Of a DNA stretch of 64,000 nt, positions 63,440-64,000 are shown one piece after another. The DNA is from Lama glama (Eukaryota): NCBI GenBank assembly GCA_028534125.1, contig CM052818.1, forward strand, positions 46,564,001-46,628,000, written 5' to 3'. The position numbers were made by a program, and so were the translations under genes. The notes under the pieces are model-generated. The model had not been told where the DNA came from. It ran no database searches and saw nothing but the letters and a program-made list of their open reading frames with translations. Numbering within the stretch: the first letter of the stretch is position 1; each line of letters opens with the position of its first letter.

Positions 63440-64000
63440 GATGGAATGATGAACCCTTCCTGAGGTCATGCAGAAAGCTATCTCAGAGAGGACCACTTAG
63501 GCTGCATCCTGAAAAATAAATAGGATATATCTATTGGACTCAGCTGGACAAGAGGCAGGGGAGACTACCCAGTGGAAAGGGAACAAAACTTTGGAAACAA
63601 AGCGGAGATGAGAAAGAACATGGCCCAATGGTTCAGGAACTGTATTTTCCAGCCTGGGGGGGCGGGGGCAGGATGGGAGGAGAGCAGAGCACAGGACAAT
63701 GGCAAGACGTCTGGCAGGGACCAGCTCCTGAGGAGACTTGCAGGTTAAGTACTATTTGGGAATTTCTTCTATGGAATGGAAGGCTGCTAGGGAGTTTAAT
63801 CAAAGAAGTGACATGTTCCCTGATCTCCTGGGGAAATGGTTAGTGGGGCACCAGCAGACGCAGGGAGAGTAGCTGGGGGCTTTTGGTATAGTCTTAGTGG
63901 GGAGCTTCTGAAGGCTTTAAACAGATCAGGGGTGACGAAAGTAGCTACTGTCAGGCAGTGGAGGGCTGGATGACTTTAGGGAGCGGTGGAGGAGGAGGAG
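63440..64000 (-). mobile_element. L2 fragment
   Basis: GGAATGGAAGGCTGCTAGGGAGTTTAATCAAAGAAGTGACATG resembles antisense L2. Confidence 0.45.

Noticed and set aside
1..64000. A novel multi-gene system (defence island, CRISPR array, operon)
   Set aside because: The sequence is intron-rich mammalian DNA. There are no long ORFs, no regularly spaced repeat-spacer array, and all recognisable coding sequence belongs to MBOAT2.
52320..64000. Start of the neighbouring gene (KIDINS220 in human synteny, from memory)
   Set aside because: No CpG-island promoter or recognisable exon was seen; the region is mostly L2, L1 and MLT fragments.

Overview
Mammalian (eutherian) genomic DNA, not prokaryotic. It is most likely camelid, judged from five copies of a tRNA-Ala-derived SINE sharing the tail motif TAAACCTAATTACCTCCCC (vic-1-like; inference). 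The + strand carries the 3' part of MBOAT2 (membrane-bound O-acyltransferase 2, a lysophospholipid acyltransferase). Nine coding exons with canonical AG/GT junctions are visible (exons 4-10, 12 and 13, numbered from my recollection of the human gene; 1131 coding nt including the stop at 46508-46510), followed by a probable ~5.8 kb 3' UTR. Exon 11, which should encode the catalytic His, is missing. Splice-phase arithmetic requires an extra exon there, and a 501-N assembly gap sits exactly where it belongs. The rest is intron/intergenic DNA rich in ancient repeats (L1M, L2, MIR, hAT MITEs, MaLR LTRs and one LTR-int-LTR MaLR provirus); repeat family names are by-eye recognition. I found no evidence of a new multi-gene biological system. 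The best second-look items are small: two short dispersed direct repeats that look like locally templated insertions, inverted SINE pairs flanking in-frame exon cassettes, signs of AT-to-GC biased substitution, a near-canonical androgen/glucocorticoid response element, and a tandem duplication differing only in homopolymer lengths.
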